Part shown: positions 33,461-42,388 of the stretch, piece by piece
Layout: each line of letters begins with the position of its first letter
How positions within the stretch are numbered: position 1 is the stretch's first letter
DNA from: a bacterium
GTDB lineage: Bacteria > Cyanobacteriota > Vampirovibrionia > Gastranaerophilales > Gastranaerophilaceae
DNA: 64,000 nucleotides
Direction of reading: 5' to 3'
Assembly: GCA_017470815.1 (NCBI GenBank)
Contig: JAFUXT010000030.1
Span: forward strand, 24,561-88,560
Translations under genes and position numbers: made by a program
The notes under the pieces: generated by a model
Told to the model about the DNA's origin: nothing
Seen by the model: only the letters and a program-made list of their open reading frames with translations
Database searches by the model: none

Positions 33461-34192
33461 TTAATATGTTTTTCCGACAACGCTATAATGTGCATCAAGT
33501 TCAAACTTATCATCAAGCGGTGAAAGTTCTATCTTTTCACCATAGCGTTTTTCAAGTGCAAGCGAAATTAAATAATCAGCAAAATGCGGATTTTTAGGTA
33601 ACAACGATCCATGCAGATAAGTACCGAAAACATTTTTGTATCTGCCGCCTTCAAATCCGTCTTTACCGTTATTGCCGTTACCTACTGATACCCTGCCTAA
33701 GGGCTTTGATTCTCCTTCAAGATAGGTTAAACCGCTGTGATTTTCAAATCCGACAAGCGTTTTCGGAGTTAAAAACTCGGTTTCAACTGTAACATTCCCG
33801 ATAAATCTTTTGTTACCCGCAATAGTATAGGCATCCATCAGTGACAAGCCCTGCAATTTATCCTTCCCATGCGGCTGATAATAGTGACCGAAAAGTTGAT
33901 ATCCGCCACAAATGCCCAAAAATACCGCTCCATCATCTCTTTGCGAAAGCAGATTATCTTTATGAGAATAAAGTTCTTCCACAACTTCTTCCTGTTGTTT
34001 ATCCTGACCACCGCCGATAAAATATAAATCGTGAACTCCTATTCTATCGCCAATATTAATCTGTTCAAATTCTACCTCTATTCCGCGCCATTCACAGCGC
34101 TTTTTTAATGTAATAATATTCCCTAAATCTCCGTAAAGATTGAGTAATTTCGGATACAGATGCGCTATTGAAATTTTTAAATCTTCTCTCAT
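33461..34192 (-). CDS. gatD: Lipid II isoglutaminyl synthase glutaminase subunit GatD (CobQ-type class I amidotransferase)
   Basis: Start re-placed to ATG 34192 (MREDLKISIAHLYPKLLNLYGDLGNIITLK). Colinear with S. aureus GatD as I recall it: LNLYSDIGNIIAL, FFIGGGSD, ICGGYQFLG, VGFENHGGRTY, GTYLHGPILPKN. Confidence 0.8.
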   Translation of the reverse strand: MREDLKISIAHLYPKLLNLYGDLGNIITLKKRCEWRGIEVEFEQINIGDRIGVHDLYFIGGGQDKQQEEVVEELYSHKDNLLSQRDDGAVFLGICGGYQLFGHYYQPHGKDKLQGLSLMDAYTIAGNKRFIGNVTVETEFLTPKTLVGFENHSGLTYLEGESKPLGRVSVGNGNNGKDGFEGGRYKNVFGTYLHGSLLPKNPHFADYLISLALEKRYGEKIELSPLDDKFELDAHYSVVGKTY

Positions 34193-34228
34193 AAAAAAAT
34201 TATATAACAAAAGTAATAAAGTTAGTGC

Positions 34229-34234
34229 TATAAT
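34229..34234 (+). promoter_or_regulatory. Extended -10 (TGCTATAAT) placed for a leaderless tatD transcript
   Basis: TATAAT ends 6 nt before ATG 34241. No SD is present. TG lies at 34226-34227. Confidence 0.35.
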
Positions 34235-34240
34235 CGAAAT

Positions 34241-35017
34241 ATGGAAAAAGGCAAAATAATCAACACTCATTCCCATATAAATATGCTCAAAGAGCGCACT
34301 ATAACTGAAGCGTTACAAAACTGTGATAGTGAAAATATTACAATAATTGTTCCGTCCTATGATGATAAAAGCATCTTTGAAGTTGATAAACTTGTAAAAA
34401 AATATCCGCAAATATACGGTTATGTCGGAGTTTTTCCGGAAGAAGTCAAATGTTTTTCCGATAAAACTCTCTCCGATATGGAAAACATAATAAAAAACAA
34501 TGACAGAATAATTGGTATAGGAGAAGTCGGACTTGATTATTATTGGGATAAGAGTTTTATTGACCTTCAAAAAGAAGTTTTTATAAAGCAAATTGATTTT
34601 GCAAACCAAATGAATTTACCTCTAAATGTTCATTGCAGAGAAGCATATTTTGACACCCTGAACATTTTAAAAGAATATAATAAAAACTCTAAAGTCATTA
34701 TGCACTGCTATTCAGGCAGTCTTGACTTTGCAAAAGAATGTATAAAACTTGGAATGTATATTTCAATAGGCGGAGTTGTAACCTTTAAAAATGCTGTTAA
34801 AGTAAAAGAAGTAGCGCAAAACATTCCGCTTAAAAATCTCTTACTTGAAACCGATGACCCGTATCTGACACCTGTTCCATACAGGGGAAAAGAAAACCAA
34901 CCATCCTATGTAAAATATGTAGCGCAGGAAATCGCATCTTTGCGAGGGATAACTTTTGAAGAAGTTGCGAACTCAACAACAAAAAATGCAAAAGAAATAT
35001 TTCCGCAAATCAATTAA
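34241..35017 (+). CDS. tatD: TatD-family metal-dependent hydrolase
   Basis: IINTHSHIN (DxHxH-type start), IGEVGLDYYW, NVHCREA and LLLETDDPYLTP motifs. Confidence 0.88.
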   Translation: MEKGKIINTHSHINMLKERTITEALQNCDSENITIIVPSYDDKSIFEVDKLVKKYPQIYGYVGVFPEEVKCFSDKTLSDMENIIKNNDRIIGIGEVGLDYYWDKSFIDLQKEVFIKQIDFANQMNLPLNVHCREAYFDTLNILKEYNKNSKVIMHCYSGSLDFAKECIKLGMYISIGGVVTFKNAVKVKEVAQNIPLKNLLLETDDPYLTPVPYRGKENQPSYVKYVAQEIASLRGITFEEVANSTTKNAKEIFPQIN

Positions 35018-35420
35018 TCGTTTCTAATTTTGTGTTCAGATTTAGTTCAATATATTTAAAAATATTTAAAACAACTCCGGGTTGAAAATAGTAATTATCA
35101 TCTGTCGGGGTAATTTTTAACATTCCCTGATTAGTATTAACATTAGAAATTGAAGCCAAAAACTGTTTTCCTACTGCTGTGAATAGTACATAACCGTTTC
35201 TTGACTGAATTTCATCAATTTTGAATCTGTTTGCATTAACAGATGCTACTGTCAAATATAAAAGATGAACATTATCAGTATTAAAAACTTTTATGCAGTC
35301 CTGATATTTAACATTCTGCGAAGTAGTCAATGCACTCAAATCAACGATTTCTTCTGCACTTACAGTCAAAGGACAAAAGAACATAAATATTGCAAGTATT
35401 AAAACTATGATTCTTTCCAT
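35010..35420 (-). CDS. Hypothetical secreted protein
   Basis: Signal peptide MERIIVLILAIFMFFCPLTVSAEE. 136 aa. Overlaps the polA stop by 16 nt. Confidence 0.5.
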   Translation of the reverse strand: MERIIVLILAIFMFFCPLTVSAEEIVDLSALTTSQNVKYQDCIKVFNTDNVHLLYLTVASVNANRFKIDEIQSRNGYVLFTAVGKQFLASISNVNTNQGMLKITPTDDNYYFQPGVVLNIFKYIELNLNTKLETIN

Positions 35421-38245
35421 GAGTCACCTGTATTTATATCAATAAGCAAAGGAACTTTTAACGGCTGATTCAATCCCATTGATTCAAGTACGAGTTTTTT
35501 TACCGTCTCAAGTTCAGATTTTTCAACTTCAATTACAAGTTCATCATGCACCTGCAAAATCAGTTGAGATCTTAAATTATTATCCTTTAATTTTTTATAA
35601 AAATCAATCATTGCAAGTTTTATTAAATCTGAAGCCGAGCCCTGCATAGGATGATTTATTGCTGCACGCTTTGCAAACTCTCTTATCATCCCGTTTGGGC
35701 TGTTTATTTCGTTTGCAAGATAGCGTTTGCGCCCGAATATTGTTTCGACATACTCCTGCTTTTGCACAAGTTCAACCATTGATTGCATATAAATTTGTAT
35801 TTTGGGATAAGTTTCAAAATATTTATCAATAAAACTTTGGGCTTCATCAGCACTGATTTTTAATGCTTTGGCAAGTCCGTATTTGCTTTGTCCGTAAACA
35901 ATGCCAAAATTGACCGCTTTTGATTTATAGCGCATTTCTTTTGTTACATTTTCAACAGGAACATCAAAAACCTTTGAAGCAGTAAGGGTATGAACATCAA
36001 TACCTGAGTTAAACGCCCTGATAAGGTTATCATCGCCAGATACATGCGCCAACAACCTTAATTCAATCTGCGAATAATCGGCAGACATTATCAGATAATT
36101 TTTTCTGTCTTTAGGTACAAAAGCCTGTCTGATTTTGTTACCTTCAGGCGTTCTTACGGGAATATTCTGCAAATTAGGATTTGATGATGACAGTCTGCCT
36201 GTTGTCGTGACCGTTTGATTAAAAGTAGTATGAATACGATTATCTTTTGCATCAATTAAAGCAGGCAAAGCCTCTGTATAAGTCGATTTAAGTTTGGCAA
36301 ATTTTCGGTATTCGAGAATTAACTTTGCAATTTCATGTTCCTGCGCCAAAGCATTTAAAACCTCCGCACTTGTAGAATTTTTTGCTTTCCCACGTTTTTT
36401 TGATGTTTTTAGTTCAAGTTTATCAAACAAAATTTCTCCAACTTGTTTTGGAGAATTGATATTGAACGGTTCCCCTGCAAGTTCGTAAATTCTGCCCTCA
36501 ATGGCAGTAATTTGAGAATCAAGTTCAATTGTCAGCTGCCTTAAATACTCTCTGTCAACGCTTACCCCTGCTTTTTCCATATCAGACAAAACATAACTCA
36601 ACGGAATTTCAATATCATTTAAAATTTTAAGTTCTTTTTCATCAAGATTTTGAAACCAAAATTTTGTAAGATTAAAAAGACTTGTGGTGCAATCTGATGT
36701 ATGATTTTTGACATTTTCTATATCATAATCGCAGAATTTTGCTTTTTTGGTATCCGTTACCATTGTTGTCAAAATATGATTAATTCTTTCCATACATTGA
36801 ATATCAAATTCATTTGAAGCACTTGAATCTTTAATATAACTTGCAAGCATTGTATCAAATATGACACCGTTTATTTGCCCAAATATATTTAGTTCTTTTT
36901 TGGTATCGTGAACAATCTTTTTAATATTTTCACTTTCAAAAATCGGCTTTAAATCTGCAAGAACTTTATTTTCAGGCAACTGTGTATCAATATTATGTGC
37001 AAGCGGGATATAATAACATATCGTCTTACTCCCATTATTGGATGTTTTTAAAACATTATCAAATTTAAAATCGGAATTTACACCGAAAGAAATTCCGTAC
37101 AATTTATAATTTAGAGAATTTTCAATATCCGCATAAGAACGAAGAGAAACAACAGACTGACTTTTTAAGACATCAATCATATCATCAAAATCCTGACTGT
37201 CTGTTATTAATTTACATTCATAATTAAGTTCGACTTTATTGACTTCAGTTGTAACTGCCTGCGCAAAAAGACCTAACTGCCCGTTTGTGTTGACATTTTG
37301 AGTCACGGGACTCTGCTCAATATCGGATGAAACGACTTTTGCATTTTTATTAAATGTTTTAAGAATTGACTCAATATTTTTTAAAAAACTGTAAAACTGC
37401 ATACTTCTTAAAAACTCTGTTACAGTAGCAATATCAGGAAGTTCAATATTAGTTTTGTCAAAATCAAAATCTACATCAACATCACGGACAATTGTTGCAA
37501 GATATTTACTCAATTTAGCATCCTCAACGCCGTTTTTAATCTTTTCACGGACAGAATTTCCCTGAATTTCATCAGCATGAGCCAAGACATTATCAACGGT
37601 TCCAAATTGTTCAAGCAGTTTTACCGCTGTTTTTTCACCAATACCTTTAATTCCGGGAATATTATCAGATGTATCCCCTCTTAATGCCTTATAATCAATT
37701 ACCTGATTAGGGTAAACACCAAGTTTTTCATATATTGTGTTCCAATTATATTCTTTCAATTCCCCTTTTGTTGGGATAATGACCTTAACACAGCCATCCT
37801 TATCAACAAGTTGGAAAGAATCCTGATCCCCTGTCAAAATCAAAACTTTATGTCCTAATTCACACGCACGCATTGAGATAGTACCTATTACATCATCCGC
37901 TTCAAAACCTTCTTTTGTATAAATAGGAATACTAAATGCCTTCAAACCTTCATAAATTAAACCCATCTGTATTTGCATTTCATCAGGCATAGCAACTCTG
38001 TTTGCTTTGTATTCTTCATAAGTTTCAGTTCTGAAAGTTTGATGTGATACATCAAATGCAACCCCTATTGCATCCACATTCAAATCTTTATTTTTTAATA
38101 AATCAAAAATCGCCTTAAAAAAACCGTAAACAGCCCAGGTGGGAGTACCTGTGCTTGTTTTCATACCTGTTCGTTCTAAAGCATAATATTCACGAAACGC
38201 CAAAGCATGACCGTCTATTAAAATTAAGGTTTTTGATTCACCCAT
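35405..38245 (-). CDS. polA: DNA polymerase I
   Basis: Start re-placed to ATG 38245 (MGESKTLILIDGHALAFREYYA, 5'-nuclease domain). Pol motifs DYSQIELRLLAH, RRAAKAVNFG-like KSKAVNFGIVYG and LQVHDELV. The track extension to 38323 contains the clpX terminator. Confidence 0.93.
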   Translation of the reverse strand: MGESKTLILIDGHALAFREYYALERTGMKTSTGTPTWAVYGFFKAIFDLLKNKDLNVDAIGVAFDVSHQTFRTETYEEYKANRVAMPDEMQIQMGLIYEGLKAFSIPIYTKEGFEADDVIGTISMRACELGHKVLILTGDQDSFQLVDKDGCVKVIIPTKGELKEYNWNTIYEKLGVYPNQVIDYKALRGDTSDNIPGIKGIGEKTAVKLLEQFGTVDNVLAHADEIQGNSVREKIKNGVEDAKLSKYLATIVRDVDVDFDFDKTNIELPDIATVTEFLRSMQFYSFLKNIESILKTFNKNAKVVSSDIEQSPVTQNVNTNGQLGLFAQAVTTEVNKVELNYECKLITDSQDFDDMIDVLKSQSVVSLRSYADIENSLNYKLYGISFGVNSDFKFDNVLKTSNNGSKTICYYIPLAHNIDTQLPENKVLADLKPIFESENIKKIVHDTKKELNIFGQINGVIFDTMLASYIKDSSASNEFDIQCMERINHILTTMVTDTKKAKFCDYDIENVKNHTSDCTTSLFNLTKFWFQNLDEKELKILNDIEIPLSYVLSDMEKAGVSVDREYLRQLTIELDSQITAIEGRIYELAGEPFNINSPKQVGEILFDKLELKTSKKRGKAKNSTSAEVLNALAQEHEIAKLILEYRKFAKLKSTYTEALPALIDAKDNRIHTTFNQTVTTTGRLSSSNPNLQNIPVRTPEGNKIRQAFVPKDRKNYLIMSADYSQIELRLLAHVSGDDNLIRAFNSGIDVHTLTASKVFDVPVENVTKEMRYKSKAVNFGIVYGQSKYGLAKALKISADEAQSFIDKYFETYPKIQIYMQSMVELVQKQEYVETIFGRKRYLANEINSPNGMIREFAKRAAINHPMQGSASDLIKLAMIDFYKKLKDNNLRSQLILQVHDELVIEVEKSELETVKKLVLESMGLNQPLKVPLLIDINTGDSWKES

Positions 38246-38299
38246 AAAACACTCCCTTCGACAAATATTATATTGCCATAAAAAAAGACCTGTTGCAAT

Positions 38300-38330
38300 A
38301 AAAAAGGTGCGACAAAATCGCACCTTTTTT
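38300..38330 (-). terminator. Rho-independent terminator of clpX (bidirectional form)
   Basis: AGGTGCGA-CAAAA-TCGCACCT 8-bp stem flanked by an A-run and a T-run. Confidence 0.65.
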
Positions 38331-38349
38331 ATTATAGTTTTACGATACT

Positions 38350-39645
38350 TTATGCTATGCTTTCGTCTTTTTTAGTCGGAAGTTTTACCACTTCGGCATT
38401 TTTTCTGTTTTCGACCATTTCCTTTGTTACTACAAATTTTTTGATATTTTCTTTTGTCGGAACATCATACATAACATCAAGCATAATTTCTTCAACAATA
38501 GATCTTAATGCTCTTGCGCCTGTTTTACGCTTAATTGCTTCTTTTGCAATCATATCAACCGCTTCAGGCTCAAATTCAAGTTCAACACCATCCATTTCCA
38601 AAAGTGCCTGATATTGTTTTAAAATAGCATCTTTAGGCTCTGTCAAAATCATTTTTAATGTTTTTTCATTCAACTGGTCTAACACGGCATAAACAGGAAT
38701 ACGACCTATAAATTCAGGAATTAAACCGAATTTTAACAAATCTTCAGGCTGCAATTTTTTTAGCAATTTCAACGCATTAGCATCTTTTTCTGCCTGCGAT
38801 AAAGATGCCGTACCAAATCCGACTGAATTACCTTCGCCTGCTCTTGCATCTACAATTTTTTCAAGTCCGACAAATGCTCCCCCGCAAATAAACAGGATAT
38901 TTTTTGTATTTATTTCAATAAATTCCTGATGCGGATGTTTTCTGCCACCCTGCGGAGGAACATGAGCAACAGTACCCTCTATCATTTTTAACAGAGCCTG
39001 CTGAACACCTTCGCCTGAAACATCTCTTGTGATAGAAGTGCTTTCAGACTTTCTTGAAATTTTGTCAATTTCATCTATATAAATAATACCGCGTTCTGCT
39101 TTTGATGAATCAAAATCCGCATTTTGATAGAGTCTGAGTAAAATGTTTTCAACATCATCTCCGACATAACCGGCCTCAGTTAATGTTGTAGCATCTGCTA
39201 CCGCAAACGGAACATCAAGCATTTTTGCCAAAGTCTGCGCGAGTAATGTTTTACCCGAACCCGTAGGACCTACAAGCAAAATGTTAGATTTTTGAATTTC
39301 TATATCATTTTTTTCTTCGCCAATATTATGTTTCAATCTTTTGTAATGATTGTAAACAGAAACTGCGAGAACCTTTTTGGCATCATCCTGACCAACGATA
39401 TATTGATCTAAATATGCTTTTATTTCGTGAGGTTTTGGAATAGATTTTTCATCCTTATCAGATTTTGTACCCTCAATTTCTTTTTCTTTATTATCTAAAA
39501 ATTCATCATCTAAAATCTCATTACAAAGTTCAACACATTCATCGCAAATATAAACCTCCGGACCGGCAATTAATTTTTTTACCTGATCTTGTGTTTTACC
39601 GCAAAATGAACATTTTAAAATTTTATCATCATCATGTTTTGGCAT
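38350..39645 (-). CDS. clpX: ATP-dependent Clp protease ATP-binding subunit ClpX
   Basis: N-terminal zinc finger CSFCGK...CDEC. Walker [18 protein letters not shown]. Sensor and IGF-type loop region. Confidence 0.95.
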   Translation of the reverse strand: MPKHDDDKILKCSFCGKTQDQVKKLIAGPEVYICDECVELCNEILDDEFLDNKEKEIEGTKSDKDEKSIPKPHEIKAYLDQYIVGQDDAKKVLAVSVYNHYKRLKHNIGEEKNDIEIQKSNILLVGPTGSGKTLLAQTLAKMLDVPFAVADATTLTEAGYVGDDVENILLRLYQNADFDSSKAERGIIYIDEIDKISRKSESTSITRDVSGEGVQQALLKMIEGTVAHVPPQGGRKHPHQEFIEINTKNILFICGGAFVGLEKIVDARAGEGNSVGFGTASLSQAEKDANALKLLKKLQPEDLLKFGLIPEFIGRIPVYAVLDQLNEKTLKMILTEPKDAILKQYQALLEMDGVELEFEPEAVDMIAKEAIKRKTGARALRSIVEEIMLDVMYDVPTKENIKKFVVTKEMVENRKNAEVVKLPTKKDESIA

Positions 39646-39662
39646 TTATAAGCCCCTTTTAA

Positions 39663-40253
39663 CTATTTAATTTCGTCTCTTGAAATAACTTTATCAATCA
39701 TACCGTATTCTAACGCTTCCTGCGGAGTCATGATGTAATCACGATCGGTATCTTTTTCAATTTTTTTAATTGATTGCCCTGTATTAGAAGCAAGAATTTC
39801 GTTTAATGATTTTTTAATTCTGATAATTTCAGCAGCCTGAATTTCAATATCTGTTGCCTGACCCTGGGCACCGCCTAAAGGTTGGTGAATCAATACTCTT
39901 GAATGAGGAAGTGCAAGTCTTTTGCCTTTTGTACCTGATGACAATAAGAACGCACCCATTGAAGCAGCCTGACCTAAACAAATTGTAGAAACATCTGCTC
40001 TGATATGCTGCATTGTATCATAAATTGCAAAACCCGCAGTAACACTTCCACCCGGAGAATTTATATATAACATAATATCTTTTTCAGGATTTTCGCTGTC
40101 TAATAGCAATAACTGTGCGACAACAAGGTTTGCAACCATATCATCAATTTGTGTTCCTAAAAATATAATTCTTTCTCTCAATAATCTTGAAAAAATATCA
40201 AAAGAGCGTTCGCCTCTGCTTGACTGCTCTATTACTACAGGTACAAAACTCAT
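39663..40253 (-). CDS. clpP: ATP-dependent Clp protease proteolytic subunit
   Basis: [27 protein letters not shown] (catalytic Ser) and IHQPLGG (catalytic His). Confidence 0.95.
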   Translation of the reverse strand: MSFVPVVIEQSSRGERSFDIFSRLLRERIIFLGTQIDDMVANLVVAQLLLLDSENPEKDIMLYINSPGGSVTAGFAIYDTMQHIRADVSTICLGQAASMGAFLLSSGTKGKRLALPHSRVLIHQPLGGAQGQATDIEIQAAEIIRIKKSLNEILASNTGQSIKKIEKDTDRDYIMTPQEALEYGMIDKVISRDEIK

Positions 40254-40293
40254 ATTATTTCCCTTTCTTATACTACGAAACTTATTATATATT

Positions 40294-40323
40294 AAAAAAG
40301 CGGAGCGGTCGCTCCGCTTTTTG
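40294..40323 (-). terminator. Rho-independent terminator of tig (bidirectional form)
   Basis: AGCGGAGC-GGTC-GCTCCGCT stem flanked by AAAAAA and TTTTT. Confidence 0.65.
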
Positions 40324-40334
40324 TATGATTTTTA

Positions 40335-41720
40335 TTAAGCCTCAGTTTTTTCTTCTTCTTTTTCTGCTTTTTTAGAAGATTTTTTCTTTGCTTTTGTTTC
40401 TTTTTCTTCTTTTGCAGGTTCAACTTCTACATATTCAAATTTGTTATTATCAATTAAGAAGTCTCTTACTTTATCATTGATAACCTGTTGAGATAAAGAA
40501 TTTACGAATGTAGGATTTTGACCAAACTGTTTTACTAACTGTTCAGGAGTAGTACCATAAGCCATGCTCAATTGAGTTAATCTGCTTGTCAAATCTTCCT
40601 GACCTACTGTAAGATTTTCTTCTTTTGAAATCTTATCTACAATCAACGAATTTTTAATTCTGATTTTTGCATCTTCTGAAAGAGTTTGAGCAAATTTTGT
40701 TTCACCGCCCTGTGCTTCAACAAACTGAGCCCAATTACCGCCTTGATTTGCAATTCTTTGCTGATAATCATTAGCAATTGCTCTTACTTCTCTGTCAATC
40801 ATGCTTTGAGGAATATCAATTGAAGTTGAATCAACAATTGATTTGAATGCTGCATTTTCAGCGCTCAATCTTTTTGCATTTTCTCTTTGAGTATCAATAA
40901 ATGACTGGATATCAGATTTTAATTCATCAACAGTTGAAAATCTTGTTGCTTTTTTAACAAGTTCATCATTTAACTCAGGAAGAACTCTTTGTTTAATTTC
41001 ATTTAATTTGATATCAAATCTTGCATCTTGCCCCTGCAATTTTTTATCATGATATTCTTCAGGGAATTTAACATCGATTGTAAATTCTTCTTTAAGGTTA
41101 TGACCAACCAACTGTTCTGCAAAGCCCGGAATAAAGTTCGAATGAGCCAAATCAAGCGTATAACCTTTTGCACTTCCGCCCTGAATTTTTTCACCGTTAC
41201 AAGTACCGTCAAAATCAAATACAACTATGTCAGTATCTTTTGATGGTCTGTCAAGAACCAATTCCAATGATGAATTTTGAGTTAAGAAGTTATTAATAGC
41301 ATTATCTAATGCACCTTTATCTTCCGGTGCAATCTCTGCTTTCAATTCCATCCCCTTATAAGTGCCGATTGTAAATTCAGGTCTTGTTTCAACTTGAATT
41401 GTAACCTGCAAATCCTGTCCCGGTTCATAATTGTATGAGGTCAAAGCAGGTTGAGTAACAGTATCTAACTTGTTTTCACTGATAGCCTGTGAGATGTATC
41501 TCGGTAAAAGCATATCCAATGCTTCCTGCTGGATTCTGTCAACACCGACATGTCTTTCAACAACGGACTTAGGTGCTTTACCTTTTCTGAATCCGTTTAT
41601 GTTTACATATTGAGAAATTCTGTTTGCTGCTAAATTGTAAGCTGAATCTGCTTCATTGGCAGGAATAGTCATATTCAATATAACTATATTGTCTTTTTCT
41701 TTTGTTAAAGTTGTTTGCAT
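40335..41720 (-). CDS. tig: Trigger factor
   Basis: N-terminal ribosome-binding GFRKGKAP motif and central FKBP-like domain. 461 aa, upstream of clpP-clpX. Lysine/glutamate-rich C-terminal tail. Confidence 0.92.
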   Translation of the reverse strand: MQTTLTKEKDNIVILNMTIPANEADSAYNLAANRISQYVNINGFRKGKAPKSVVERHVGVDRIQQEALDMLLPRYISQAISENKLDTVTQPALTSYNYEPGQDLQVTIQVETRPEFTIGTYKGMELKAEIAPEDKGALDNAINNFLTQNSSLELVLDRPSKDTDIVVFDFDGTCNGEKIQGGSAKGYTLDLAHSNFIPGFAEQLVGHNLKEEFTIDVKFPEEYHDKKLQGQDARFDIKLNEIKQRVLPELNDELVKKATRFSTVDELKSDIQSFIDTQRENAKRLSAENAAFKSIVDSTSIDIPQSMIDREVRAIANDYQQRIANQGGNWAQFVEAQGGETKFAQTLSEDAKIRIKNSLIVDKISKEENLTVGQEDLTSRLTQLSMAYGTTPEQLVKQFGQNPTFVNSLSQQVINDKVRDFLIDNNKFEYVEVEPAKEEKETKAKKKSSKKAEKEEEKTEA

Positions 41721-41950
41721 AATATTTACTCCCCTTATTAACTAAACATTCAATAATAAAATTTTACACGAAATATAGATAAAATCAAGTTACTTCACAT
41801 TTTTTTTAATATTATACTTGCAAGAAAAAATTCTTTGTGCTTAAATATAGCCATAGCCGAAGTAGTTTTCCTCTATATTTTGGCTTAGGCAATTGCAGGA
41901 AGCGGCGCCTTAATTGCTGAAGATGTAAAATTAAAAAGAAGGAAAAAAGA

Positions 41951-42340
41951 ATGTTAAAAATCAGATTAAAAAGATTAGGTGCTAAAAAGCAACCGTCATA
42001 CAGAATTATTGTTATCAATTCAACTACAAAAAGAGAAGGTCGTCCTATTCAGGAATTGGGTTACTACAATCCAAAGACCAAAGAAATGAAATTTGATAAA
42101 GCAAGCGCACTTGAATGGATTTCAAAAGGTGCACAGGCAACGGAAAGAGTTCAGTATTTAATTAAACACTGCAACGAAGACGGTACATTAAACTATGTTA
42201 AAAAGGAAACAGTTAAACTTTCTAAAAAAGCATTAGCAAAAAAACAGGCTGAAGAAGAAGCAAAGGCTGCAGCAGAAGCAGAGGCAAAAGCAGCAGCGGA
42301 AGCAGAAGCACCTGCTGAAGAAGCACCTGCTGAAGCATAG
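41951..42340 (+). CDS. rpsP: 30S ribosomal protein S16 with an Ala/Glu-rich C-terminal extension
   Basis: MLKIRLKRLGAKKQPSYRIIV...GYYNP is the S16 signature. The tail is KQAEEEAKAAAEAEAKAAAEAEAPAEEAPAEA. Confidence 0.92.
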   Translation: MLKIRLKRLGAKKQPSYRIIVINSTTKREGRPIQELGYYNPKTKEMKFDKASALEWISKGAQATERVQYLIKHCNEDGTLNYVKKETVKLSKKALAKKQAEEEAKAAAEAEAKAAAEAEAPAEEAPAEA

Positions 42341-42353
42341 TTTCAAATATTAT

Positions 42354-42388
42354 AAAAAAAGGGTTCTCAAAATGAGAACTCTTTTTTT
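42354..42388. terminator. Bidirectional terminator between rpsP and the convergent helicase gene
   Basis: A-run, GGGTTCTC-AAAAT-GAGAACTC, then T7. Overlaps the helicase stop codon. Confidence 0.55.

Noticed and set aside
34193-34276. Hydrophobic 28-codon N-terminal extension of gatD.
   Set aside because: It would overlap the tatD start and promoter. GatD homologues begin near the MREDLKISIAHLYP equivalent.
38246-38323. 26-codon N-terminal extension of polA.
   Set aside because: It contains the clpX rho-independent terminator hairpin (38305-38325). The 5'-nuclease domain begins at MGESKTLILIDGHA.
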